This document shows positions 26,401-39,690 of a DNA stretch of 64,000 bases, piece by piece. Under the pieces are notes generated by a model, which saw only the letters and a list, made by a program, of their open reading frames with translations, had not been told where the DNA came from and did not search any database. Source of the stretch: Eledone cirrhosa (Eukaryota). Each line of letters opens with the position of its first letter. Within the stretch, counting starts at the first letter, position 1. The position numbers and the translations under genes were made by a program. The stretch is taken from NCBI GenBank assembly GCA_964016885.1, contig OZ024741.1:358050001-358114000 (forward strand). Reading direction: 5' to 3'.

Positions 26401-29400
26401 ACTGTATATTACAGTTTATAGTTACTGTATATTACAGTTTATAGTTACTGTATATTACAGTGTAAAGTTACTGTATATTACAGCGTATAGTTACTGTATA
26501 TTACGGTCTATAGTTACTGTATATTACAGTGTATAGTTACTGTATATTACAGTGTATAGTTACTGTATATTACAGTGTATAGTTACTGTATATTACAGTG
26601 TATAGTTACTGTATATTACAGTGTATAGTTACTGTATATTACAGTGTACAGTTACTGTATATTACACTGTACAGTTACTGTATATTACAGTATATAGTTA
26701 CTGTATATTACAGTGTATAGTTACTGTATATTACAGTGTACAGTTACTGTATATTACAGTGTATAGTTACTGTATATTACAGTGCACAGTTACTGTATAT
26801 TACAGTTTACAGTTACTGTATATTACAGTGTATAGTTACTGTATATTACAGTTTACAGTTACTGTATATTACAGTGTATAGTTACTGTATATTACAGTTT
26901 ACAGTTACTGTATATTACAGTGTATAGTTACTGTATATTACAGTGTATAGTTACTGTATATTACAGTTTACAGTTACTGTATATTACAGTGTACAGTTAC
27001 TGTATATTACAGTTTACAGTTACTGTATATTACAGTATATAGTTACTGTATATTACAGTTTATAGTTACTCTATATTACAGTGTACAGTTACTGTATGTT
27101 ACAGTGTACAGTTACTGTATATTACAGTGTATAGTTACTGTATATTACAGTGTACAGTTACTGTATATTACAGTATATAGTTACTGTATGTTACAGTGTA
27201 CAGTTACTGTATATTACAGTGTATAGTTACTGTATATTACAGTGTATAGTTACTGTATATTACAGTTTATAGTTACTGTATATTACAGTGTACAGTTACT
27301 GTATATTACAGTTTACAGTTACTGTATATTAAAGTTTATAGTTACTGTATATTACAGTGTATAGTTACTGTATATTACAGTGTATAGTTACTGTATATTA
27401 CAGTTTACAGTTACTGTATATTACAGTGTACAGTTACTGTATATTACAGTGTATAGTTACTGTATATTACAGGTATAGTTACTGTATATTACAGTGTATA
27501 GTTACTGTATATTACAGTGTATAGTTACTGTATATTACAGTGTATAGTTACTGTATGTTACAGTGTACAGTTACTGTATATTACAGTGTATAGTTACTGT
27601 ATATTACAGTGTACAGTTACTGTATATTACAGTTTATAGTTACTGTATATTACAGTGTATAGTTACTGTATATTACAGTTTATAGTTACTGTATATTACA
27701 CTGTATAGTTACTGTATATTACAGTTTATAGTTACTGTATATTACAGTGTATAGTTACTGTATATTACAGCGTACAGTTCCTGTATATTACAGTGTATAG
27801 TTACTGTATATTACAGTGTATAGTTACTGTATATTACAGTGTATAGTTACTGTATATTACAGTGTACAGTTACTGTATATTACAGTTTATAGTTACTGTA
27901 TATTACAGTGTATAGTTACTGTATATTACAGTGTATAGTTACTGTATATTACAGTTTATAGTTACTGTATATTACAGTGTATAGTTACTGTATATTACAG
28001 TGTATAGTTACTGTATATTACAGTTTATAGTTACTGTATATTACAGTGTATAGTTACTGTATATTACAGTTTGTAGTTATTGTATATTACAGTGTATAGT
28101 TACTGTATATTACAGTGTATAGTTACTGTATATTACAGTTTATAGTTACTGTGTATTACAGTTTATAGTTACTGTATATTACAGTGTATAGTTACTGTAT
28201 ATTACAGTGTATAGTTACTGTATATTACAGTGTATAGTTACTGTATATTACAGTGTATAGTTACTGTATATTACAGTGTATAGTTACTGTATATTACAGT
28301 GTATAGTTACTGTATATTACAGTGTATAGTTACTGTATATTACAGTGTATAGTTACTGTATATTACAGTGTATAGTTACTGTATATTACAGTGTATAGTT
28401 ACTGTATATTACAGTGTACAGTTACTGTATATTACAGTGTACAGTTACTGTATATTACAGTGTATAGTTACTGTATATTACAGTGTATAGTTACAGTATA
28501 TTACAGTGTATAGTTACTGTATATTACAGTGTACAGTTACTGTATATTACAGTGTATAGTTACTGTATATTACAGTATATAGTTACTGTATATTACAGTG
28601 TACAGCTACTGTATATTACAGTGTACAGTTACTGTATATTACAGTGTATAGTTACTGTATATTACAGTGTATAGTTACTGTATATTACAGTGTATAGTTA
28701 CTGTATATTACAGTGTACAGTTACTGTATATTACAGTGTATAGTTACTGTATATTACAGTTTATAGTTACTGTATATTACAGTTTATAGTTACTGTATAT
28801 TACAGTATAAAGTTACTGTATATTACAGCGTATAGTTACTGTATATTACGGTCTATAGTTACTGTATATTACAGTGTATAGTTACTGTATATTACAGTGT
28901 ATAGTTACTGTATATTACAGTGTATAGTTACTGTATATTACAGTATATAGTTACTGTATATTACAGTGTATAGTTACTGTATATTACAGTGTACAGTTAC
29001 TGTATATTACACTGTACAGTTACTGTATATTACAGTATATAGTTACTGTATATTACAGTGTATAGTTACTGTATATTACAGTGTACAGTTACTGTATATT
29101 ACAGTGTATAGTTACTGTATATTACAGTGCACAGTTACTGTATATTACAGTTTACAGTTACTGTATATTACAGTGTATAGTTACTGTATATTACAGTTTA
29201 CAGTTACTGTATATTACAGTGTATAGTTACTGTATATTACAGTGTATAGTTACTGTATATTACAGTGTATAGTTACTGTATATTACAGTTTATAGTTACT
29301 GTATATTACAGTGTATAGTTACTGTATATTACAGTGTATAGTTACTGTATATTACAGTGCACAGTTACTGTATATTACAGTTTACAGTTACTGTATATTA

Positions 29401-32400
29401 CAGTGTATAGTTACTGTATATTACAGTTTACAGTTACTGTATATTACAGTGTATAGTTACTGTATATTATAGTGTATAGTTACTGTATATTACAGTTTAC
29501 AGTTACTGTATATTACAGTGTACAGTTACTGTATATTACAGTTTACAGTTACTGTATATTACAGTATATAGTTACTGTATATTACAGTTTATAGTTACTG
29601 TATATTACAGTGTACAGTTACTGTATGTTACAGTGTACAGTTACTGTATATTACAGTGTATAGTTACTGTATATTACAGTGTACAGTTACTGTATATTAC
29701 AGTATATAGTTACTGTATGTTACAGTGTACAGTTACTGTATATTACAGTGTATAGTTACTGTATATTACAGTGTATAGTTACTGTATATTACAGTTTATA
29801 GTTACTGTATATTACAGTGTACAGTTACTGTATATTACAGTTTACAGTTACTGTATATTAAAGTTTATAGTTACTGTATATTACAGTGTATAGTTACTGT
29901 ATATTACAGTGTATAGTTACTGTATATTACAGTTTACAGTTACTGTATATTACAGTGTACAGTTACTGTATATTACAGTGTATAGTTACTGTATATTACA
30001 GGTATAGTTACTGTATATTACAGTGTATAGTTACTGTATATTACAGTGTATAGTTACTGTATATTACAGTGTATAGTTACTGTATGTTACAGTGTACAGT
30101 TACTGTATATTACAGTGTATAGTTACTGTATATTACAGTGTACAGTTACTGTATATTACAGTGTATAGTTACTCTATATTACAGTGTATAGTTACTGTAT
30201 ATTACACTGTATAGTTACTGTATATTACACTGTATAGTTACTGTATATTACAGTTTATAGTTACTGTATATTACAGTGTATACTTACTGTATATTACAGC
30301 GTACAGTTCCTGTATATTACAGTGTATAGTTACTGTATATTACAGTGTATAGTTACTGTATATTACAGTGTATAGTTACTGTATATTACAGTGTACAGTT
30401 ACTGTATATTACAGTTTATAGTTACTGTATATTACAGTGTATAGTTACTGTATATTACAGTGTATAGTTACTGTATATTACAGTTTATAGTTACTGTATA
30501 TTACAGTGTATAGTTACTGTATATTACAGTGTATAGTTACTGTATATTACAGTTTATAGTTACTGTATATTACAGTGTATAGTTACTGTATATTACAGTT
30601 TATAGTTACTGTATATTACAGTGTATAGTTACTGTATATTACAGTGTATAGTTACTGTATATTACAGTTTATAGTTACTGTGTATTACAGTTTATAGTTA
30701 CTGTATATTACAGTGTATAGTTACTGTATATTACAGTGTATAGTTACTGTATATTACAGTGTATAGTTACTGTATATTACAGTTTACAGTTACTGTATAT
30801 TACAGTTTACAGTTACTGTATATTACAGTTTATAGTTACTGTATATTACAGTGTATAGTTACTGTATATTACAGTGTATAGTTACTGTGTATTACAGTGT
30901 ATAGTTACTGTATATTACAGTGTATAGTTACTGTATATTACAGTGTATAGTTATTGTATATTACAGTGTATAGTTACTGTATATTACAGTTTATAGTTAC
31001 TGTATATTACAGTGTATAGTTACTGTATATTACAGTGTATAGTTACTGTATATTACAGTGTATAGTTACTGTATATTACAGTGTATAGTTACTCTATATT
31101 ACAGTGTATAGTTACTGTATATTACAGTGTATAGTTACTGTATATTACAGTGTATAGTTACTGTATATTACAGTGTATAGTTACTGTATATTACAGTGTA
31201 TAGTTACTGTATATTACAGTGTATAGTTACTGTATATTACAGTGTATAGTTACTGTATATTACAGTATATAGTTACTGTATATTACAGTGTACAGTTACT
31301 GTATATTACAGTGTATAGTTACTGTATATTACAGTGTATAGTTACTGTATATTACAGTGTATAGTTACAGTATATTACAGTGTATAGTTACTGTATATTA
31401 CAGTGTACAGTTACTGTATATTACAGTGTATAGTTACTGTATATTACAGTATATAGTTACTGTATATTACAGTGTACAGATACTGTATATTACAGTGTAC
31501 AGTTACTGTATATTACAGTGTATAGTTACTGTATATTACAGTGTATAGTTACTGTATATTACAGTGTATAGTTACTGTATATTACAGTGTACAGTTACTG
31601 TATATTACAGTGTATAGTTACTGTATATTACAGTTTATAGTTACTGTACATTACAGTTTATAGTTACTGTATATTACAGTGTAAAGTTACTGTATATTAC
31701 AGCGTATAGTTACTGTATATTACGGTCTATAGTTACTGTATATTACAGTGTATAGTTACTGTATATTACAGTGTATAGTTACTGTATATTACAGTGTATA
31801 GTTACTGTATATTACAGTGTATAGTTACTGTATATTACAGTATATAGTTACTGTATATTACAGTGTATAGTTACTGTATATTACAGTGTATAGTTACTGT
31901 ATATTACAGTTTACATTTACTGTATATTACAGTGTACAGTTACTGAATATTACAGTGTATAGTTACTGTATATTACAGTGTATAGTTACTCTATATTACA
32001 GTGTATAGTTACTGTATATTACAGTGTATAGTTACTGTATATTACAGTGTATAGTTACTGTATATTACAGTTTATAGTTACTGTATATTACAGTGTTTAG
32101 TTACTGTATATTACAGTATACAGTTACTGTATATTACAGTGTATAGTTACTGTATATTACAGTTTATAGTTACTGTACATTACAGTGTATAGTTACTGTA
32201 TATTACAGTGTATAGTTACTGTATATTACAGTGTACAGTTACTGTATATTACAGTGTATAGTTACTGTATATTACAGTGTATAGTTACTGTATATTACAG
32301 TTTACAGTTACTGTATATTACAGTGCATAGTTACTGTATATTACAGTCTACAGCTACTGTATATTACAGTGTACAGTTACTGTATATTACAGTGTATAGT

Positions 32401-33890
32401 TACTGTATATTACAGTGTATAGTTACTGTATATTACAGTGTATAGTTACTGTATATTACAGCATATAGTTACTGTATATTAAAGTGTATAGTTACTGTAT
32501 ATTACAGTGTATAGTTACTGTATATTACAGTGTACAGTTACTGTATATTACAGTGTACAGTTACTGTATATTACAGTGTATAGTTACTGTATATTACAGT
32601 GCACAGTTACTGTATATTACAGTGTATAGTTACTGTATATTACAGTGTATAGTTACTGTATATTAGTGCACAGTTACTGTATATTACAGTGTATAGTTAC
32701 TGTATATTACACTGTATAGTTACTGTATATTACAGTGTACGGTTACTGTATATTACAGTGTATAGTTACTGTATATTACAGTGTATAGTTACTGTTTATT
32801 ACAGTGTATAGTTACTGTATATTACAGTGTATAGTTACTGTATATTACAGTGTATAGTTACTGTATATTACAGTTTATAGTTACTGTATATTACAGTGTA
32901 CAGTTACTGTATATTACAGTTTATAGTTACTGTATATTACAGTGTATAGTTACTGTATATTACACTGTACAGTTACTGTATATTACAGTTTATAGTTACT
33001 GTATATTACAGTGTACAGTTACTGTATATTACAGTGTATAGTTACTGTATATTACAGTGTATAGTTACTGTATATTACAGTGCACAGTTACTGTATATTA
33101 CAGTGTATAGTTACTGTATATTACACTGTATAGTTACTGTATATTACAGTGTACGGTTACTGTATATTACAGTGTATAGTTACTGTATATTACAGTTTAT
33201 AGTTACTGTATATTACAGTGTACAGTTACTGTATATTACAGTGTATAGTTACTGTATATTACAGTGTACAGTTACTGTATATTACAGTTTATAGTTACTG
33301 TATATTACAGTGTACAGTTACTGTATATTACAGTTTATAGTTACTGTATATTACAGTGTATAGTTACAGTATATTACAGTTTATAGTTACAGTATATTAC
33401 AGTGTATAGTTACTGTATATTACAGTGTATAGTTACTGTATATTACAGTGTATAGTTACTGTATATTACAGTGTATAGTTACTGTATATTACAGTGTATA
33501 GTTACTGTATATTACAGTGTATAGTTACTGTATATTACAGTGTACAGTTACTGTATATTACAGTGTACAGTTACTGTATATTACAGTGTATAGTTACTGT
33601 ATATTACAGTGTACAGTTACTGTATATTACAGTGTATAGTTACTGTATATTACAGTGTATAGTTACTGTATATTACAGTGTATAGTTACTGTATATTACA
33701 GTGTATAGTTACTGTATATTACAGTTTATAGTTACTGTATATTACAGTATACAGTTACTCTATATTACAGTGTATAGTTACTCTATATTACAGTCTACAG
33801 TTACTCTATATTACAGTGTATAGTTACTCTATATAAAGTTTATATGTATTGCATATTATAGTTTACATCTAGTTTACAGTTACAGTGTAT
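20435..33890 (+). repeat. 23-bp satellite array, ~13.4 kb (~580 copies)
   Basis: Consensus TATATTACAGTGTATAGTTACTG with recurrent variants (tttata, tgtaca, tttaca, tgcaca); degenerate at both edges. Confidence 0.99.
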
Positions 33891-34669
33891 GATAGTGTGC
33901 AGTTATCATATATTACACATTACAGCTGTTTATACATAATTTACACTAATGACCTAGAGGTAAGCATTAGCTTCATTACCATTATTATTTATTTATTTTA
34001 TTTCTTCTATTGTTATTTTATTTCATTAGATTTTATAAAAACTGGTTTCAAATTGAAAAACCATTTGTTTGAAATTGTTTATATTTACATCTAAACCTTC
34101 GATGATCATTATATGTAAGAAAATTGTCTATTCTTTTAAATACCCACTTAATAAGAAAATTAGTCATATTACTTAATCCCTCCAACTTTTTGATTATCTA
34201 AAAAATTTATTGAAAATCACAAGTAATGTATTTCATTAAAAATAAGATTGTGAAATGATATCTTAATAGACTCACCATTTTTTAACACAGAATCTTGTTT
34301 GGAATGAAACATATGCCGGTATTTTACTGAAATTGAGGTAAAAAGAAAATGATGGAAAGTGGATGTTAAATGATGAGGATGTGACCTTTTAACTGTTGTT
34401 AATAGAAATGGCAAGCACATAACAGAAATTGGTGTGAAATTGTTCTCTAATTTGATAACTTTGTGTTAGAAATTAAAAATATTCTCCAAGTCCAAAGATT
34501 AAGAGATGGAAATAATGAAATTGTGGAATTTGAATGCAACAACTGTCATTGTGGTCATAGAAACCTTAGGGGAAGTCCATTAAAAAAAAATCTAACAATA
34601 AAATTGAAGGTTTCTCTGAAAAATCTGACCTCAGTGAATTCTGCCACTACTAACAATGATTTCTAATTT

Positions 34670-34865
34670 TGGCACAGGGTCAGAAATTTAAGGGGAGGGG
34701 AGAGTCGACTATATCAACCCTAGTACTTGACTGGTACTTTATTTCATTGACCATAGGAGAATGAAAAGCAAAGTTAACCATGGCAAAATTAGAATGTAAA
34801 GAACCATAACTGAATGCAGCAAAGCATTTTGTCCAACACTTTAACAATCTTGCCAATTCAATGCC
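34670..34865 (-). mobile_element. Diverged SINE family A copy
   Basis: tttggcacagg...gactggtactttatttcattgacc...gaatgaaaagcaaagttaacc...cttgccaattc. Confidence 0.65.
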
Positions 34866-34873
34866 GCTACTAT

Positions 34874-34953
<80 letters not shown>

Positions 34954-34955
34954 TT
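34866..34955 (+). repeat. (TAC)n microsatellite
   Basis: About 29 tac units. Confidence 0.95.
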
Positions 34956-35204
34956 GCCACCACCACCACACACTGGAGGACAGAATCTTGATTCTCATCC
35001 TCTTCCTCTTTAAAAAAAGCAGCATTGTTGATTTTGGTAATATACTGTACCTCACAGACACAAGAACAAAACTGAATACAGCAAAGCTTTTATTGTAGTA
35101 CTTTACTGATTAATCAAATCTATCTCCCACCACTCTTTTGGAACTAGAATTTTTTTCCATACACTGACACATATGCGTATGTGCACATGCATACATTTAT
35201 ATGG

Positions 35205-35490
35205 GAAGAGAGAGAGGAGTAGTATGAAGTAGTCATAACAACAGTGGTAGCAGCACCCTGTTTTTGTTGTAAAGAGAGAGTAGTATGAGGTAGTCATAAC
35301 AGCAGTGGTAGCAACACCCTGTTTTTGTTGTAAAGAGAGAGGAGTAGTACGAGGTAGTCATAACAACTGTGGTAGCAGCATCCTGTTCAGCAGACATAAA
35401 GAGAGAGGTTTAGTATGAGGTAGTCATAATAACAGTGGTAGCAGCACCCTACATTTCTTGAAGAGAGGAGTATAGTATGAGGTAGTCAAA
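35205..35490 (+). repeat. Degenerate ~64-bp tandem repeat, ~4.5 copies
   Basis: gagaggagtagtatgaggtagtcataacagcagtggtagcagcaccctgtttttgttgtaaaga recurring. Confidence 0.85.
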
Positions 35491-35559
35491 CTACTCCCCT
35501 TTCTTTACGTGTTGTGACAGAATTGCAGAAATTTATATATAGATGAGATAGTAACTTAC

Positions 35560-35703
35560 TGATGAACCATAATGATATGCTGATAAGTATTGCAAATATC
35601 AATGACACTATGAGTGTCAGTGGTAAGTTAAATCTGACTGTCTCTTTTGGTTGGCTTTTGGGACAGTGGTCACTTTGGAGAGAAAATGTGGTAACGTTTG
35701 TCT
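35560..35703 (-). CDS. IL-17 receptor-like gene, transmembrane exon
   Basis: tttttgtag|AG...ATCA|gtaagt, phase 1 to 1. Encodes (E)TNVTTFSLQSDHCPKSQPKETVRFNLPLTLIVSLIFAILISISLWFI, with a 22-residue hydrophobic helix at the end. Confidence 0.8.
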
Positions 35704-36590
35704 CTACAAAAAGTAAAGAAGGAGATAAATAGTACAGTAAAATATAGTGTCATTGATACATATGAAAGAAGATTAAATGGACAGAACAGTAAAAAAATAT
35801 TGTGGTTTGTGGCAGTGAAAAAAGACAAGTGGACAGTAAAATATGGTGTACTTTATATCATCAGCATCATTTTCACGTTGACTTTTCTGTTGGACTTTTT
35901 GAGGCAATGTTTCTGAGTCAGATGCCCTCCCTGACACCAATACTTTTAGTCACTTCTGACAACAGGCTAGGGTATGGCATGTCTATTATAACCAAGATAC
36001 TCACAGGCTATATATACACATATGGAGGCTGTAAACTCTGCTAAGAGTATTATAATTACTTGTCAGATTATAGAGTTTGGTGCACTTTTAGGCTACGGCC
36101 AGCCACATGGACATGTAACATATTCTGAACAAGCAATGCCTGTGCTTTGAAGGATTTTAAGTGGGGAAAAGCCTTGCACTCGACCAATCCCACTCTCTGA
36201 GCATCGAAAACACTACCCGAAAAGGAGAACTGGTCAACATCATCGGATGCTTCCGAACCCGCAGGTTTTTTTCATAGTTTCCCTCTCCTAGAAAGGTGTT
36301 GTGACAACAACTGGGGGCATTTCACTCCCAGGTAGAAAAAAAAAAAATCACTATTTGGATGGCTGTTGACTCAGCTGAGTTCCTCCACCCTTTGCCGGGT
36401 CTTGTATTTCATCCCGCAGAGTGTCCAAATATCACCCTCCTCACCAAGCAAGCTTGGTGGGGTTGCCGGTTTAGTCGCCGACAACCCGACCATGAGACAG
36501 GTTGTACTGGGTTACATATTACCAGTAGCATTCAAGAGCGACCTGACACATACACATAGACACACATATATTGTTTTTGGCCGACCTCAC

Positions 36591-36621
36591 CCAAAAGAAA
36601 CCAGCCTTGTTCATTTTCGTT
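36591..36621 (-). CDS. IL-17 receptor-like gene, 31-bp micro-exon
   Basis: atttcacag|AAC...TTGG|gtgagg, phase 0 to 1. Encodes NENEQGWFLL and restores frame exactly between the stalk exon and the TM exon. Confidence 0.55.
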
Positions 36622-36871
36622 CTGTGAAATGCTACAGATAAGCCCTAAAATATCTAACTAATTCTTCTCTATCATTATGTATTGTTTTTCCTGTTTTCAT
36701 ATGAACCTTATTACTTTAATATTTCATTTTTTTTCTTACCAACACAAACTTTCATACAAGCCCCTCCCACCCACTCTCTATTCACCACCTTCCAGTTTGC
36801 TATTTTGCAGACATGGCTTAACCACCCTACCATTATTACTTTTCCCATTTACCTGTTATATTGTTATATGT

Positions 36872-37385
36872 ACTAGCAGAAAAACCACCCTTCGGGTGGT
36901 TTTCTGCTAGCATGTATAGTGAGCATATTGATATTATATGCAAATATATATGCATTTCGATATAATATGTCAAATAAAACCGTAATTGAAAATATGCACA
37001 GAAATTGAAGAGAGACTGTGTTACACTCTCTTCTGTAATCAGTAATGTAATCCATGATACATTTAAAAAAGACGATATTATATATAAACGGCATTAGGAG
37101 AAAATTAGCGACGGAAATATATGAATGTTTATATAAGCGATGTAATAAGTGTTATAATATAACGGGCGCTAACCGGAAGTGTTGACATTTGAAAATTTTA
37201 GAGAATCTTGAAATAAGCAATAAAATTATTTATATTTAATCAAGAGTAACGAAATTTAGTACATAAATTTGTGTAATATTCATTCAATATTTATTCAAAG
37301 TAATCCAACTTATTTTACAAACGGGATAAACAAATATATTCTGGACGCAGTCCCGCACTCCTCTCTTTGTTATATTATGATATGT
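36872..37385. mobile_element. Non-autonomous element with terminal palindrome
   Basis: ctagcagaaaaaccacccttcgggtggttttctgctag palindrome; 37200-37380 is similar to 18135-18320. Confidence 0.6.
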
Positions 37386-37562
37386 ATGTATTGCATATGC
37401 ATGTGCATGCAGTGGCGGACTGGCCAGGTTGCCTAATAGCATTACAGGGCTCACAGTAGCATTGCAGGGCTCACTGTAGTATTTTAGGGGCCAATGCTTA
37501 GCTTTCAAAAAATACCTGAAGTCTAAGAGAAAGAATAAAACCTGGCCAGTCTGTCACTGTAT

Positions 37563-37830
37563 ATCATCATCACCGATTTACGTCCGTTCTTCCACGCTAG
37601 CATGGGTTAGATGGGTTGTCTTGTTGTGGGCAGTGTCCGGTCGGCTGACCATGCTTTGCTCATACGGGAACTGATTCTGGCTTGATTTCTACAGCTGGAT
37701 GCCCTTCCTAACACCAACCTCATTTACAGTGAGTGCTGGGTGCTTTTTTTCTGTGGCGCCTACACGTCCACTTTACAGTGTGGGCTGGTTGCTTTTTTGC
37801 CGTGGCACCTCCACGACCACTTTGCAGTGG
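37563..37830 (-). mobile_element. SINE family B copy
   Basis: Core near-identical to 4100-4200; catcatca tail. Confidence 0.75.
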
Positions 37831-37887
37831 GAGGGTTAGAAATTTTAATTAAATATTTATTGCAAGTTTTATTAACTTGTTACTTAC

Positions 37888-37961
37888 TTCTGTAACATAT
37901 CCACAGACGTGCCAGACTGATTCTTGTTCTTGTTTTATCGAAGGTAAAGGTGGTGTTGTAA
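37888..37961 (-). CDS. IL-17 receptor-like gene, stalk exon
   Basis: ttttcaag|TT...GAA|gtaagt, phase 1 to 0. Encodes (I)TTPPLPSIKQEQESVWHVCGYVTE. The AAG acceptor is weaker. Confidence 0.55.
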
Positions 37962-38145
37962 CTTGAAAATTCCTATGCTACTTACTGAAGTCCCACGTCC
38001 CATCAATATATTGCCTTATCCCACCAGAATATTGCTATGCCTTGCCAAAATACTGCCACATCTATCCAAAATATTGCCATGTTCCACCAAGCCACACTTG
38101 TAGGGCCTCATCATTAAAAACACTGAGTTAGTATTTTGTACTTAC

Positions 38146-38224
38146 TTGTAATATTGAAGGCGTTTGAGTATGTTCTCTTGCATATTTTGCAATCTTTAAT
38201 GTCTCCATTCTTTAGAGGAACTAC
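38146..38224 (-). CDS. IL-17 receptor-like gene, 79-bp exon
   Basis: ttccag|GTA...ACAA|gtaagt, phase 0 to 1. Encodes VVPLKNGDIKDCKICKRTYSNAFNIT (V-x-P...C-x-x-C-x-R, as at the end of IL-17R D2). Confidence 0.75.
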
Positions 38225-39384
38225 CTGGAAGGAATCACAGGCGTTTTATTAATAAATATATGATTAGTTAATTATTATTATTGTATATACCTGGTTAACC
38301 ATAAATGAAGTGATATTATCAAAGCATCCCAGTCACAGCTCAGTAGGCCTATATCTAATATGTTCTTTCTGTATTCAATATGGTAGTGTGTGATTTTATG
38401 GATATTTGGGCACTATTTTCAGTGGGTTCAACAGTCTCATAGAGCATATCTCATTGGTTTGTAAAGGATTTGAATTGAGTTGTGGGGTTTCTGGTTTGAA
38501 ATGAAGTTTTGATCACAGGCACCAATGGAAGTATATCTTCACAATTGTCTTTGATAAATCCATATTTGAGGAGTCACATTGAGTCTATGATTATGGAACT
38601 CTGGTATAGTAAACAAAGCCAAATCTCCCTTCAATTATAAAGTGCTTTTAGTATTTTGTGAACATTCTCCTATATATAATTGGGATGTTTTGAATATTTA
38701 GATTTGAAACATAGTCTAAACCTTTTTCATGATATGAGCTCAAAACAGCACTGTTAGACGTATAAAGAACTTTTAAACATGTTAATAGAAATAGTATATA
38801 TGTACACATTTTGTTTTATTTTCTTTCACCAAAAATTATACTATTTCATAAAAGTAACATTAAAGTAGAAACATGAATGAAGAACTGTCAAACTTTTCTG
38901 ACAAACCCTGTAGGAACCTCAATTTTTTTCACGAATGCCCAGAATATTTTAGAGAACCCTTTGGGTTGGTATAAACCCAGATTGGAGAACACTACTTTTA
39001 GCATTCAAGATATTGTGGTTCTATGAATGAGCAACTATGCTGTTTCAATCAGCTAGTGAAACAGCTATTATCGCTTATATCACATTTTACTTGGTTGCAA
39101 AACAAAACAGGAAAACAGTGGACAATGCAGTCTCAAATATTCTATGTCTAAACAAAATGGAAATGGAATGGTCATGGCTGGAAAACTTTTGATCATAGAT
39201 CTGCTAATCAGAGCTGACATGGTGCAACAACAAGGAAGGACAGATACATTAGACATATAATATAGTCTTCTACATTAGACATATAATATAGTCTAAGAAA
39301 AAAAAAAGGTGGTCACAGATGGAATAGCATTGATCATAGGACTGCTCAATCAGAGCTAACTCGGGGCTAAACAACAACAGCCAC

Positions 39385-39690
39385 AACGCAGAGTTAAAAA
39401 TTTCCAACTGTGTCTCAGTCAAAGCAATATCTTCATTCTTCTTACGACGATTTCTTAACAGTTCAGTAAGAGGAGACAAAAGTTTGGCACAGTGAGGAAT
39501 AAAACGTCTATAAGAATTTAGCAAAACAAGGAAATAACGCACTGACGAAGGGAAGAAGGAGGGGGTAGGTCTTCAATAGCCTGTACTTTTTCTGGAAGAG
39601 ATCGTATCTCCTCTTTATCAATAACATGGCCAAGAAAAATAATAGATGAGCCAAAAACACATTTAGCAGGGTTAATACGCACTTGGAATC
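39385..39690 (-). mobile_element. Decayed Gypsy pol fragment related to the adjacent LTR element
   Basis: YRRFIPHCAKLLSPLTELLRNRRKKNEDIALT parallels [32 protein letters not shown] in ORF 41532..42791. Confidence 0.85.

Noticed and set aside
20435-33890. CRISPR array or repetitive protein gene (many MYSYCILQ... ORFs)
   Set aside because: Monomers are head-to-tail with no unique spacers and no cas genes; the ORFs are chance read-throughs of the 23-mer where TAG is mutated.
34680-35098. Poly-Ser / poly-Tyr ORFs
   Set aside because: Translations of the (TAC)n microsatellite plus SINE sequence.
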